The notes: generated by a model not told the origin, from the sequence alone. Positions 10,977 through 26,558 are shown, numbered from the stretch's first letter. The stretch is 64,000 bases of DNA from Octopus sinensis (GCF_006345805.1 NC_042997.1:138384001-138448000), one strand, 5' to 3'. Numbers and translations: made by a program.

Positions 10977-13900
10977 ATTTATTATTATTATTATGGCCTA
11001 GTGGTTAGGGTGTTGACTTAAGATCGCGAGATCATAATTTCAATTCCTATTGGCGACCAGCTGGCTGAATATCTGTTGTGCATAACATAAACATGTTCTT
11101 CATGGTATAAATGTTTTACAGTATTATAAGGGGGAACCAGTCTCACCATTCATGGTATGTGTGTACTTATATAGAATTATACTACAGGGTGATTCAAAGG
11201 TCGACATACATAGGAAAAATTTATTTATTTCTAAGAAACAGTTTATAAGAACATTTTTTATTTAATAGGCTCTATATGGTTTCCATTGTTTTGAATACAC
11301 ATTGCAATACGTTTACCCAACTCATTGTGAACTCGTAATAACACATCTGGTGATACCTGTTGTTGTTGATACATGGAGACTTGAATCATGCTGTTATGAA
11401 AGTGTATTGGTTTCCTTGTGTTGTAGAATTAAAGTGTAGGCCATAGGTACAATACTTTTACTTTTCAATATTTTACACTGCTAAGGTGGTGAACTGGCAG
11501 AATTGCTAGCACGCTGGGCAAAATGCTTAGTGGCATTTTGTCCATCGTTATGTTCTGAGTTCAAATTCTGCTTGAGTCAACCTTGCCTTTCATCCTTTCA
11601 GAGTCAATAAAATAGGTACCAGTTGAGCACTGGGGTTGATGTTATTGATTTACCTCCTCCTCTGAAATTGCTGGCCTTGTGCCAATATTTCACACTGCTC
11701 AGATGGTGGCCTGGCAGAATTGCTAGCACACTGGTCAAAATGCTTAGTGGCATTTCATCTGTCATTATGTTCTAAGTTCAAATTCCGTCAAGGTTATCCT
11801 TTTGGAGTTGATAAAATAAGTACCAGTTGAGCACTGGGGTTGATGCAATCGACTTACTCCTCCCTACAAAATTGCTAAGCTTGTGCCAAAATTTGAAACC
11901 AACCTTTAACACTGCTGTGAATTAATAACCAGGTGAAATATTTAGAATATTTCCATGTTAAAAATGAAAGATTTTTTTTTAGTTTCCTTATTAAAAATAA
12001 TAAAAAAAAAAGCTTAATCACTTCAGACTCTTTGTTCACAATTGTTAGTTGTCCATGTGTTGATGGAACCCCAACTGTTCACTAAATTTGCCACTGAACT
12101 CACTGCAGATCTTAATCCTTCTTTTAGCACAATCTTTCTGCAATTGATTGAAGTCAAACTAGAATTCAGTATTGCACATTCTCATCATAAAATACTGTTT
12201 GCTATTATTTTTCAGTGCATTGTTTCAGCAGTATTTTCTCACACAATTCTGATTAATTTACTTGTATCTGGAAGTATCTTATAAATTCCTGTTTATGTAT
12301 CATAGAAGCTGAATACATTTCTTGTCTTGTCATAAATGTATTACCACCAATCATTGCTGCTTCTTAAATCTTTCTTGCACACTTTATTGTGTTGACTTTT
12401 TCGGTGACTTGACCTTCAATAATAATTATTTCACAATTTCCACTTTCACTGTACTTACTTTGATATTCTCTCCACTAAGTATCCTCAAATGTACCACAAT
12501 GCATTTCATCTCCAAGAAGGGCTGCTTCTCTGACCTTCCTAGGTATCGATTAATTGTTTTCACTTCCACCATGCAAAAAGCAGTCACTGACATTCAGCGT
12601 CTTCAACGCTTTGAGTCTCTTTCTTTTCAGAGACCTACTTGATTATTTGATTCTCTAGCAATCCTTTACCCTTGGTGAAAGCTCATTGAATACTGCTGTC
12701 ATTTCACTTGATATCAGCAAAGCATTTGACTATAACTGACATTAGAATGTCCTAGCTAAGCTGCATGTCTCTGAGCTTCATTTGTTATTCATCCCTTGGA
12801 TTGAAAGCTTTCTGTGAGATTATACCATCATGGCAAGCACTAGCAAGGGCTCTCTATAATCTACATTCTGTCAACTCCAGTGTCCCTTAACCCATTAGCA
12901 TTTAAAGTGGCTATATCCAGGCCATATATTTTACCTGTCTTATGTTCAAACCAGCCAAATCAGACCTCTTACACCAACCCTACAATGTTATTCTAAAAAT
13001 AAACAATCACATCATTGGAATTTCAGAGTTATGAGATAATGCAAGATTAATTCAAAACAAGGTGAATAAATAAGCATTACATTTGACAGTAATCTGAATG
13101 CTAAAGGGTTAAGATTCACTTATGTTCCCCACATTCTTCTTCTCAGGCATTAAAGACCTGCTGGCTGTCATACCTAAGAGTGCTCATTCCTATGCAGGTT
13201 ATACCATTCTTCATTTTTCTTCAAACCTTCCTTACACAGGCATCATCTACATATAATCTAGATATGTAAATGAAAAACCTGCCTTGCCTCTTTGAATAGA
13301 GACCTTGAAAACATTCCTTACTAGGTCATATATTGATCTTGTCTCTTTGAAAATATTCACAGGTTCAATCTCAGATCTTATTTTAGGAACGAACTTGTAC
13401 CCCTTTGGTTTTAGATATCATACAAAACTATCCAAGTTGTGAAATGTGTTAGATTCACTATCTCTAATTATCTTTCTTGGGCGTCTCGCATCAATAACAT
13501 AGTAAAATTTGCATCCCAAAGATTCACCTTAATCTTCAGGGTCTGAAAGTACTTTGTCTCCAATCAACTGCTGACTTTTTTCCAAAGTTGTAAGATCTAC
13601 AGTGGAAATACTGCTCTCACATCTAGTACATTTCCACCACTACACATGCAAACATCTCTAGCTGCATTGAAAAGGTCACTTGTTTGAATAGCAAAAATTT
13701 ACCCACTTACTACAACGTCAGGCCAGATGCAGTGTCTCTCTACTAACCCTCTTCTATCGCTATTACAATGACCTCTGAACTAGCTATTTTCCCCATCATC
13801 CACACCTTACTGTATCCATCCCTTTAGGTCTCCACTAAATACTTTATCCAAATCTTCCATTGAAGAACACTAATAGATTTCTGTTTCCTGCTTTGAAATA

Positions 13901-16900
13901 ATTTCCATCCATTGTAAATCCACCAAAGCTTATTTGATTATTCAAATTACTCACTCCTGCACACCATATCTAATACCTTTCCTAATAATTCTTTCTTTTT
14001 GGAACAATGGATCTTGAAGCACATAAAGCTATAAATAATAGCATTAAGGTTGATTATGGGACACAAACCCAAGTCTACTGTAGATATCATGCCTTCAGGA
14101 AATGTGGGTTTGCACCTGATTTGCAACCGTCACCTTTTTCTGTCCAGAAGAGTTTTTCAATCCAATATTTAAGTGCTATTATTTATAGTTTTATGTGATT
14201 CAAGACCCACTGTTCCAAATAAATGAAAAAAAAAAAATGTTCTTTCACATTCTGTTGATGATAGAATTTATGTCATCAACAACCTTACCTAATATTTTCT
14301 TTTTCACAGAATGGTATCTTTTGGATATGTAGTTTTCTATATGTATTTTTTTCTCTGCCACTTACAAATGTACAAAGATTCAAAGTGACAATTCATTATA
14401 CTAACCTCATTCAATTATGCTTAGACTAAAAACAAACAAACAAAAAAAAACCTCTTTTGCCGACCACTAGAGAAGTACTTCTGTAAGTGAGTTTAATATT
14501 TTTAGCCTGTCTCAAGATGTAAACAAAATTGTTTTTCTATTTCTAGTATAATCATTCCTAAGTCTTCTGTATGACCTTTCATTTATACTCTGTAATTAGA
14601 TTGTCCTTATCTCAATAGTGTTGATAAAATGCTCAAGTGTTCCTCTCACCATTCCTCAACTGCAATTAATTCTCCATATTTGTTTACTTGTTTACTTTAT
14701 TCTAGAGACTATAACTTGTGATTTGTTTTGCTTTTTTAAATTCCTTTGTATAATAGAAAAGCTCTGTGCTTGCATTTGCCCATGTACACCTGTCTCTTTC
14801 TTTCTCTCTCTCTCTTAAATAGTGTAATTGCTTATATTTTTATGAATGGTTTTGTCTGGCAGAAATGGCTGCGCCTATAGCCTTTATTGCAAGTTCCTCA
14901 TCTAGAACCAGTAAAATCAGTACAGTTGATTATCCATTTTAAATAGTTGCAAGTTAGTGACTGAGGGGAAAAACATGGGCAAAGAGGAAATTTGAAGAGG
15001 GATGACATTTTTAGGAGGAACACCTGTATGTAATAGTTAATACAGGATATGGTAGATGAGTGGACAGAACAGGGTGAGAAAAGGAAGAGGGATAAGTGTA
15101 TCAAGTGGGCCTGAGTAAAGGTGACAAAAGACCAGCAACTGCCAAGGAATTTATTTTACAGACATTTCATCATATTTGAGCTGCTCACTCTTTGGCTCAT
15201 GAATTAGGCCAGTCTTCTATATAATTTTAATCATGCTATATTCAATGCCAATCAGATTCTTGGCTATTGTTTTTTCTTCTTGATCTTTATTGTTTTCTTT
15301 TTGGTAATATATCATAATCTTTCAGTTTGTATAGTTTCAACTGCAAGTTTTAATTTTTCTTGAAATTTGTTTTCTTCTGCTCACTAAAAATATTCACATA
15401 ACATCTTACATAAAATAGATCAGTCAATAATCTATATAATCAATAGATCAATATTCCATACAATTTCTCTTCTTGTCTTCAGTACTTCAACATTATGATT
15501 GAAGGTGTTCACACCTGTGCCTGAGTGTTAGTTATCCAAGCACAGAAGTGGCTTAAGCAAAGGCATGGATGTGTGGTATGAAGCTTACTTTCCAACCATG
15601 TCATCTTGGGTGTAGTCCCAATGTGCAACACATTGGGCAAGTGACTACTATAGTGCTGGACTGGCCAAAACCTTCTGAGTGGATTTGGCTGACAGAAACT
15701 AAAAGGAACCCATCTTTAAAAGACCTTTGCATTTTCAAATCCCCTTCCCTATATATTTTCACTTGCGCAGTACCTTCGAAATAACAGTTTAGCTAGGTGT
15801 AAATACACCTAAGGGATATCAAATATCTGAAGAATTTACTGGTTTATATTACCTATATCAATAACAATGTTACTTCAATAGGTAAATAAAATAAACATAT
15901 TAGTTTATTAGTATATAAAATCAGAAATGGAAAAACAAAACAAAACAACTAAACAATTATATATTCAATTCAATTTAAATATTTTAAGAGATGTGTTATT
16001 TGTTTGTATAAAATATTTAAATTGAATTGAATATATAATTGTTTAGTTGTTTTGTTTTGTTTTTCCATTTCTGATTTATATATTTATGCTTGTGTGTTTG
16101 TATGTATTCTTGTCTAGGCATTATGTAATGGTTGTAAATGAACATCATCATCTTACAAATGAGGTTGTTTGTTTCTAGTCTTCTGTGAAAAACATGTCTA
16201 GCTATGGGAAAATATTAACTTGCTTGGAGACAGGTGAGAATTGGAGACAAGAAGAGTATCCAGCCATAGAAAATCTGCCCCAGCAAATTCTATCTGATCC
16301 ATGCAAGCTTGGAAAGTGGGCATTAAATAACGATAATGAAGATTTCTAACTTGCCTTATTGAGGCATTCTAAATCACTTTCAATGTAAACTTCATGACTC
16401 AAATTGCTGCTCTGGACACACAGCATCTTTGTTAGTTAACCATGATATATGATAGGAAGTTATTACAGCTCATAATACAGAACAGGGAAACCTAATTAGA
16501 TAAATGAGAGGAGGATAGGTGAATCAGACAAGAATACTTGCATGGCGGTGGTATGACCCCAGCAGCTCCAAGGAGTACAACCTATTGTAATAATGGTAGA
16601 AAGGCAGAGAGAAGAGACGGTGCACCACTAGGCTAGAAGTACTGGTATAAATGTGGAATCAGAGTAGAGTAACAATAAGTTTTGAAGCTGTTGCTTTTAA
16701 ATATTCTCCTTATCTCTGATTTTCAAAGAGACATTCACACCCACCAGGTGGCTGACCTTTATGATTGTACAAGCTTTCTCTTATCAATCCCAAATAACTA
16801 CATCAGACATGTTATGTTTGCACTTGTTCCTCCACTATACCTTGTACTTTTGTGTATGCATTTGATAAGTTGGACATGTTTTATATTTGTCCTGTATAGT

Positions 16901-19332
16901 CTTTCCTACAGACAGCACTGTGTATTGTTTTAGCAATAACATCTGTTGCAATAGCAAGTAGCCTTGACGACATATTTGGTCAGTTACTGATCACATTTCC
17001 ACAGAATTGTGGTGTAATTGAAATATTTGGTTGCATCTTGGTGGTTTAGAGGCTTCACTATCACTTTTGTATTTTGTACATTAGATACTCCTGGATTGCA
17101 AGAGTCTAATCTTTGAGATGTGATGTGATGTAATAGTCATGAGTCCAAGAGAAGCTACTCTTCATGTTAATATTATCATCCTTCTTAAATTTCTAGGAAA
17201 CAAAACCATACATTAGATTTTTGTGGTATGCTGAGTGTTTGTCTTTCAGGTCTTTGTTGCAGATACTAATCCTGCAGTTCTAATCTCAGAAGAATGGTCA
17301 TCAGGAAGTGAGTTACTTCTTGGGATGTTTACTGCTGATTTGCAGTATGTTTTTTTGCTTTACTTTTGTTCACTTGGTAGATGTATTTTTGCTGCTGCTG
17401 TTTAGCAGGTGCTTTCCAAATTATCCCTTATCATTTTCCTCCCTTTTTTCTTCCAAGATAAAGTCTATAAATATCACTGTTACTATGGAAGTCTTCTGTT
17501 GATGTCATGGATTTCCTCTACAGATTAGTCAGCTTTTGCTCCATATCAATACTGTTACTGCAAATGATTGAGGAATATTGTTGCAAGAGGAAAGCTTTGA
17601 TTGTTATATTTTTAAATCTGGTATAATGTTCTTTGGTTGCTTTATCTCTGTTCATAGCACCTTTGCATCATATTTCATCAAAACCTAGTTATTTGTAGCA
17701 CTCTTAGTGTGGAAACAGAGGAAATAGAGAAACCATTGATGCAAAGGTTTGAGGTTATTTTTCCATATCCAGCCATCAAATCTGAACATTTCTTTTGGTC
17801 AAATTGCATCCCTATATCAGCAGAGAATATTGTCAATAAATCATACTGTTTATCAGAATTGTAAATATTTCAAGTATTGATCTTTATATCGTCTTCAAAG
17901 AATTTATGGATTATATTAGTGTATCTTGTTGTATACCCTTGCGCATAAAAGAACCTGACAGTGGATTTAGAGCCAAAGTAAACCCAGATAGGCTGACTCT
18001 TTGGAATATTCCCTTTGAAATATGACATTGAAGACAATCATTTCACTTTCTGTTACAAGTGTGAGATTGTAGATAGGTTTTTTGTGACCCTTTCAATGAC
18101 AGCAACTAAGGCAGCAGGTATTTATTGTCAACTGCAGTGACTTCAGTAGCCTTGAATAGGGAATGGAATTGAATGCCTCTATATGGATGAATTAATTTTT
18201 GTACTGTTGTACTGTTGTTCCCCCTTTTTTTTATGCAGATCCCCTTCACTCAGTGTCTTTTTTAAAAAGCCAGCTCATGTGTTGACTCGCCTGTTAATTT
18301 TCAAATGTATCACTTTATGTTGTAGTCATCCAGTTTCCAAAACTTCCTGCCAACTACAATTAATTCTCTCTTATTTGTTTTACTCTTGCTACATTTTTTT
18401 TCTGTTTTATTCTGAAGAAACTCTAAGTAATGATTAAAAATAAAATAAAAAAGAGAACTTTATTCTTTTAAATAACAGTATAAGATGAGTTGTCTAGGTG
18501 TAATTTTCTCATCTAATTGCATTTCGTTTTGTTTTTTTAATGTTTTCTCTGTTTTTATTCATGAATTTTGTTTCTGAATATTTTGGCAAAATGATAGAAA
18601 AACAATTATCATTTGCTTTATGTCTCACAAATTTTTAAAGAAGTAAGCTAAGAACTGTAAATGTCAGTTAGGCAGTAATGTTCAAATTAAACAGTAATTT
18701 GATTAGTGATCCATTCAGTTGTGTCAAGAATAATTCTTTATCTTCCATATAACAGTTTTAGGTAACAAATATCAGTTGTTACTCTTTTATATCATCACAA
18801 TATCAGTGCCTATACTTATTTGATATGAGAAGAATTTAGCTACCTTCATAGTAATATAGTTCCTGTCTTTTGTTTCTTAACTGTTTAAAATCTGATTTTC
18901 TGTTTCTCTTTTCTACCAATTTAGTTTCGGTGTTCAGTTACTAGTTCAGTTTTTATTTTCATTTTATTTTAATTTTCTTTCCGCACTTTAGTTTGTATTT
19001 TGTAAAAATGTCTAGCTGTTCTTCTAGAACAGCTCGATGAGTTTAGTCTCATTTGATGCACATCAGTTGCTAATGAGTCTTATTATTCGATTGACTTGAA
19101 TCGCCTGCCACAAATGATTGAAACAAAAAAAAAAAGAAAGAAAAAATGAAAAGAATTTGCTTCTATATTTTTTTTTCAAACAATGCACTCACTCTCTTCA
19201 GATTTTGTTGCAAACTGCATTTGAATATTTTTGTTCTTTTAATTTTTATATTGAATATTTTTTGTATATAGAATGATTTAGTGTACTGATATGATTAAAT
19301 TATATATTTTGAAAATTATTTACAACTAATAC

Positions 19333-19382
<50 letters not shown>

Positions 19383-22300
19383 AAAGTTTTTAATGGTAAA
19401 AAATTAAACATTAAGTATTTAAAATAATGCATTTTCTTAAAGCTTGTAAAAAAAGGAAGGCCTATTCATTAGGTTATTTATTATATATTAAGAATTCAAG
19501 TTTTCTAGCAATACTTTAGAAATATTTCTTCATTGCTGCTTATCTGATGCCAAATATTTAAACAAATTTTCTTTTTCCACCATTCAGTTTCATTAGATAA
19601 ATGCTTACTGAAAGTATAACACATACTGTTACAGAAAGAAATATCAAAACACTCTTTATTAAAATTGACTTCTATTTGTGTGTGTGTGTGTATATGTATA
19701 TATATGTATATATATATATATTCTTCAGTTTGGTGTTAGATCCTCTGTCAGCTGCTTAGAATCTAAATTCTTTATGCTCTTTCTTTGTGTTACAACATAA
19801 ATGAATAATTTAGCAGGGCTGAATGAGGGGAAAGTACATAACATAAATTGCTGGCATCAAGAATTAAGTTAAATTGTATTAATGTTTATAACATAAAATA
19901 ATCTACTGTTTAAAATATCCATGGATTTAAAATACAATTTTATGTATAAAAATGAAGAAAGAAGATTTCAATGTGTTGTTAATAGATGTGTAATTAGTTG
20001 TTAAAACCAATTTGTTCATCTGAGATGTGTCTTGTGTATGACATTTCTTTTTAGATAAAATACTCTAGCCTCTATCTCTTTTTCTAGCTATTCTTATCCT
20101 ACCATGGAGCAACTTGCTGATGCTGTCCACCATGTTGTCGAGCATTACAAGTAAGTGTTGTTTCTTTTTCTTATTACTGGTGTGTGACTATTTTAAATAA
20201 TACTTCCTTATTTCTCTCTTATTTTATTATTCAAATTAGACTCTTGTTGATACCATTATAACATTTTTTTTAAAGTTCAGAATAATTACAATTTTTTTTT
20301 TAATGTTTCACTCCTTACAAGTGTTGTTGTTGCAATAGATACAATAATGATATATAATGCTGTGTAACAATTTTATTTTTTTTTGGTCAATAAATGTTAT
20401 TTCCTATTTACTTCTGTTTAGAAATCAGAAACGATTATTATTCCCTTCAAACTTTGCTTTTGTGACCTGGACATCAATGTTTTGAAACTGGCTTGTTTTC
20501 CATTACATTCCAGACAGGTTCAGTGCTGAATTGCTGAAGCAGAAATATCGTTATAACAAATATTCTGCCCAGGACCATAGATTTGCTTGTCACTTGCTTG
20601 ACCGTAGCCACTTGTGCATGTCCCTTAATCGCTGACAATATGTGCATCTATGATCATGAGCAGGAGTGGTGGGGGAGCATCATAACCATATGCTGAGAGG
20701 AATTCTTTGGGGTTTGAATAATTGTAACAAAAACAAAGTTTGAAGGAAATATTAGCCATTTTTTTTTCATACTGTTTAGGTGTAAGCAAATAGGAAATGG
20801 CAGTTGCTACCCAAGGACAGAAAGCATATTATACAATATAATGCAACAGATATAGTAATGATGGCAACATTTGATTTTGTTTCATCTTATCTGAAGCTAG
20901 TTGTCAAATACATTGTCATGGTCATAGCCGGACTAGAGTTACACTATATATTTTCTCATGATGTGATTGTGGCAGAAACAAGACAAAATCCATCCATTCA
21001 ATCATTCAATAATGTTACACTTTGCTAAGCTAATGTGGAAGATGCATGTTTTAATGCTGTCACCAACCTTACTCTGTGCATTTGATGAAAACCTTTTAAT
21101 TATAGTTTTAATTATAGAGACTATTTGCAGGAGTAGTATTTAGGGACTGTAGGAAAATGTATACTATTAGAATACAATACTGTTAGCCGCACAAACACTG
21201 TGTACTTGATAAACAGCACACTAGATTTAACCCTTTTGTTACCATATTTCTGTTGAAATACTCTTTGTTTCAATTAATTTTGAAACCAATGAAGAATTTA
21301 TTAAAGTCATTGTGTTCTTATTAAATTTGTGTTTTTGGAATATAAATTAACATGAAATTTCGGTGGAAGATTTCAATTTAGAACATTTTAAAACAGTGAA
21401 TTTGTATCAGGATTATTGTTGGTCTCTGGCAAATTAGCACCAAAAGGGTTTAGTGTGTGGTTCAGATCTTCTCAAGAGCTTAGCTTGAAGAAAGATAAAC
21501 TCCACCAATCCCAGAAACTCCTCCATGGAGGAAACATAGTCTATCTCACCTGTGTCAGAAGTCATAATCTCTGGCAACTTCAGTGTGCACATCTCCCTTT
21601 GTCTATAACCAAAATGTTACTCTACCAATATTAACTGCTGTTGTAATGCCATTTTTGAGTATTTCTGCAACAAGTTTCTTAAGTCTAAACGTATATCTGA
21701 CAGACACACTGTCACTTCTAAAACCTGATCATAAATGTTTCTTACCAAACTGGAATAATTTTGGTCATTACCTAGATAAGGCTTTCCACTTCAACCTGCA
21801 AAACAACCTTGGACTCTGTCGTCGTCACAATGCGCTTGAGTTAGATAAATAAAAAGAGAAAGAAAAGATTGATGCAAGGGAAGAAACTCTTCATTGGACT
21901 TAAAATTAACTAAAGGTTATTGCTTGACAATATCAAACATCGACTCAGACAATGCATTAGCAAATCCTCATCATCTTTCTTTCTTTTTCTTTCTTTCTTT
22001 TTATTTCTCTCTCTCTCTTTTTCCTTTTCTTTCTTTTTTCTTTTTTCTTTCTTTCTTTTTCTTTCTTTCTTTCTCTCTCTCTCTCTCTCTTTCTTTCTCT
22101 CTCTTTCTTTCTTTCTTTCTTTCCCTTTCTTTCTTTCTCTCTCTTTCTTTTTCTTTCTTTCTCCACCTTCTTCTCTCCCCTCCTTCTTTATTGAATTTAA
22201 ACTAATTATTGGATCACCCCATAAATAATGTGGTTTTTTTCAATTACATGAACTAAAAGTCATAGGGGGACAGTATAAACTACCTGATTATTCTTAGTGC

Positions 22301-24208
22301 AAGTTTTGAAGAGTGCAGTCCGATTTTAACAGTTATTTTTTCAAAGCTATAATGGAAGTGATAAAGGAGCATATTCAGCATATTTTGCTTTATGAGTTCA
22401 ATAAAGGCAACAATGCAACAGAAAGTGTGAGGAATATTAATGCAGTATATGGGGATCAGACAATATGCGTAAGCCAGTTCCAGAAATTCTGAACTGGAAA
22501 CTACAGCCTAGTCCTGGAGGATGTCGTGCAAACCCTGGTGGAATAAAATCCCATTGTAACTGTTGAGGAACCAGCAGAGAAGCTTGGATTCGGTCATTCA
22601 ACCATTCATTGACTCCTGCGTGCCATCAGAAAAGTCAGCAAATTGGGTCAATGGGTTCCTCACAAACTTTCCAAGTCTAATCGCATGCAGAGACTGCTGG
22701 TGATGAGAAATGGGTTCTCTATTAAAATGTCAAAGCGCCGAAGACAATGAGTAGGGAAAGGAGAAACACTGGCACCCCAGGCTAAAGAAGGTCTTCACCC
22801 ACGTAAGGTTTTGTTATCTGTTTGGTGGGCTATGAAAGGTTAAGTCCACTTTGAACTTATAAACCCAAACCAAACGATAACAAAAGAGATCTCAGAACAG
22901 CTTGAGTGGCTTAAGTCAGTGCGAGAAGAAAAAGGACCATCGTTGGTTTCCAGACGAAAGGTGTTCTTCCATCAGGTTAACACTCGGCCATACACGGCAA
23001 GAATGACATTCCAAAGGCTGCAGCAGCTTGAATGGGAAACGATGTCCCTCTCCCACCATATTTGCTGGACATTTCCCCATCTGATTATCATTTATTCCAA
23101 AATCATTTGGATGGAAAAAATATGAATTCTGTAGATGAAGTTAGAACAGTACTGGGGGAGTGTTTTTTGCTATGGGTAAGTGAATTTTGGAAGAGGGGCC
23201 CTGCAAGTCTACCAGATAGATGGAAGAACATTGTAGAAAATGAGAGTAAATTTTAGATTAAAAAAGAACTTGGTTTATCTTAATTTTGAAAAACGAAAGA
23301 AGTATAAAAAAAAAACACATTATTTATGGGATGACCCAATATAAACAATGTATTTAATACAAAACAATTATAATTCATATCAGAATTCATCTATCCACAA
23401 AAAAATCTTTCTAAGCATCTATTCTGGCCGTGTTGTTGTTGTTGTTGTTATTATTATTATTATTATTATTATTTATTATTATTATTATTTGGCTCTGCCT
23501 TTCTTCATTTTGGGGTTGATAAAATAAGTACCAGTTGAACTCTGGTGTTGATGTAATCAACTTATCCTCTCCCCTGAAATTGCTGACTTTGTGCCAAAAT
23601 TTGTGACTATTATCATTATGGCAGCAAGCTGGCATAATTTTTACTGCTCCAGACAAAATACTTAGCACTTCTGGCTCCTAACATACTGAGTTCAAATTCT
23701 TCCAAAATCAACTTTGCCTTTCATCCTTTCCAGATGGATAAAATAAGGTACCAGTTGAGTACTGGGGTTGATGTAATCAGTCATCCCCACTTCCCCTCAA
23801 AAATTTCAGGTCTTGTGTCTGTAGTTTATAGGATCATTATTAGGAAGGGCACCTGGCTGTAGAAACCCTACAAAGACATAAGCAAAGATTGGTATAGTCT
23901 TCTGACTTGCCAGTTTCAGTCAAACCATTCTATTCCTGCTAGCATGGAAAATGCATTTTAAATTATTATTATTATTAGTAGTATTGTGTTTTTTTTAAGG
24001 CAGTGAGCTGGCAAAATTGTTAGTACATCAGGCAAAATGCTTAGCAGTATTTTGTTTGTCTTTATGATCTGAGTTCAAACTCTGTTGAGGTTGATTTTGT
24101 TTTTCATCCTTTTGGGTCAATAAAACAAGTACCAGTTAAGCCCTGGGATTGATGTAATCAGCTTACTCTTTCCCCCAAATTCGCTGGTCTTGTGCCAAAA
24201 TTTGAAAC

Positions 24209-24246
<38 letters not shown>

Positions 24247-25122
24247 TATTTTTAAGGTGGTGAGTTGGCAGATTTGTTAGCATGTCAGGCAAAATGCTTA
24301 GTGGCATTTTGTCCGTCCTTACATTCTGAGTTCAAATTCTGCCGAGGTTGACTTTGCCTTTCATCCTTTCGGTGTTGATTAAATAAGTACCAGTTACCCA
24401 GTTACGCACTGGGGTCAATGTAATGACCTTCCCCCAAATTTGAGGCCTTGTGCTTCCAGTAGAAAGGATTATTAGAAGTACCAGATAAATACTGGGGTCA
24501 ATGTAATTGACTACTAGCCCCCTTCCCCCAAATTTCAGGCTGTGTGCTTGTAGTAGAAAGAATTATTATTATTATTATTGTTGTTGTTTTTCTATTGAAA
24601 TCAAACTACTTATAAGCTGCTCACCACCAAACACTAACTAAATCTTTTGCAGTCTCATTTAGCCACAAAAAATTTTTTCTAGTAAGCAAATCAATACGCT
24701 GCATCTAATAAAGGATGGTGGTAGGAATAATGATAAAATAAATAAATATTTGGAAGCCTGTTAAACACTATCAAATCAATTAGATTAAACTAAAAAAAGG
24801 CAGTGCTTTGATAACAGAGTAAACATTGCTTGCAAACATACTACCATTGCACTGCAACAATGGAGCGTGTTTCCTACTGCATAGTTTTATTGAGGCAGTC
24901 ACTCTTGGCTTGTGTCCATGTCTATGTGGAGGCTTTTGTTAATAGCGGAAATTTGAAATGGTCTGAAAGTTGCCAGTTGGGTTAAGCATGAACAAAGCAT
25001 TTTAGATGCCATATATTTGATTAAAAATATACTTGAGTCTTTCATTTTTGTACACTCGAGTCTTTGATTAGTGTTAGGCAGATTGCATAAATGTGTGTTT
25101 ATACATCCCTCCTCCATATATG

Positions 25123-25155
<33 letters not shown>

Positions 25156-25625
25156 ATGTATATACGTGTGTGTGTCATATATATATATATGTGTGTGTGT
25201 GTATGTGTGTGTGTGTGTGTGTGTGTATGTATATATGTGTGTGTGTATGTATATATGTGTGTGTGTGTGTATATGTATATATGTGTGTATGTATATATGT
25301 GTGTGTGTGTGTATGTATATATGTGTGTGTGTCTATATATGTGTGTGTCTGTGTATATATGTATATGTGTGCGTATATATATTCATATACATATATATTT
25401 ATATATATACATTTTTCAATATGTGACCGTGTGTGTATCGTTGGTGATTTTCTTTCTCTGTCTTCCCTTCCTTGGACTTTTCCTTTTTCTATGTTTCTGA
25501 CGAAGAGCTCTGCTTGAAACGTTAAATCCTCCTTTTTTCTTTCTTTTCCTGAGCGTTCAATAACACTATACTTGTTTCATGTCTTTGCGTTGTTGTGTTT
25601 TCTCTTTGTTCATGTTTGGATTAAC

Positions 25626-25674
<49 letters not shown>

Positions 25675-26518
25675 GCATGCACGCACGCGCACGCGCGCAC
25701 ACATACATACACACTTTGGGCACCTTCAGCAAGTGTCTTCTACTATAGCCTTGGGCTGACCAAAGCCTTGTGAGTGGATTTGATAGACAGATGCTGAAAG
25801 AAATCAGTCGTGTATGTGTGTGTATATATATATATATATATATAATATTGGATGGGGGTAGAGATTGAACATTTGTAATGGATTACCTACTCCATTGCTA
25901 ATAAAGCATACTTAATATCTCCCTTGGTGTGCGACTTTGTGGCCACCCTGTATATGTAGGCACAGGCGTGGCTGTGTGGTAAGAAGCTTGCTTCCTGACC
26001 ACATGGTTCTGGGTCCAGTGTCTTCTGCTATAGCCTCAGGCTGACCAAAGCCTTGTGAGTCGATTTGGTAGATGGAAACTGAAAGAAGCCTGTTGTATAT
26101 ATGTATATGTTTGTGTGTCTGTGTTTGTCCTCCCACCATCGCTTGACAACTGATGTTGTACATGTGGTAATCTGACTACTGTCATGTAAAAAGTACTAAG
26201 TACTCTGTGTAATATGGTTGACATTAGGAAGGGCATTGAACCATAAAAATCATGTTAAAGCTGGCAATATAGCTTGGTGCAGTCTTCTGGTTTGCCAGCT
26301 CCTGTCAAACTGCCTAAGACATGTCAGCATGGAAAATGGATGTTAAATGATGATGATATATACATACATACACCTGTATATATACTCACCGGTAAACATA
26401 TGATTATGTATATTCTTGCCATTTTATTTGTGTGTGTGTGTATATATATATATATATTTTTTTTTCATAAACTTGTGTGTGTGTGTATATATATATGTAT
26501 TTCATAAACTTGTGTGTA

Positions 26519-26558
<40 letters not shown>

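Noticed and set aside
15177-15225. [11 protein letters not shown], resembling the reprolysin zinc motif AHELGH
   Set aside because: Bounded by stops on both sides, the second His is missing, and there are no other metalloprotease exons; most likely chance.
17278-17307. Frame-preserving 30- or 18-nt exon candidates ending at a strong GAA|gtgagt donor
   Set aside because: The acceptors lack a pyrimidine tract, the best acceptor (17229) leads to an in-frame stop, and the peptide has no NDRG resemblance.
21894-22228. K/R/E-rich and F/L/S-rich ORFs
   Set aside because: Translations of the (TTTC)n tract.
23490-24580. Regularly spaced repeats superficially like a CRISPR array
   Set aside because: Eukaryotic intron; the units are diverged SINEs of about 200 bp with microsatellite spacers, and there are no cas genes.
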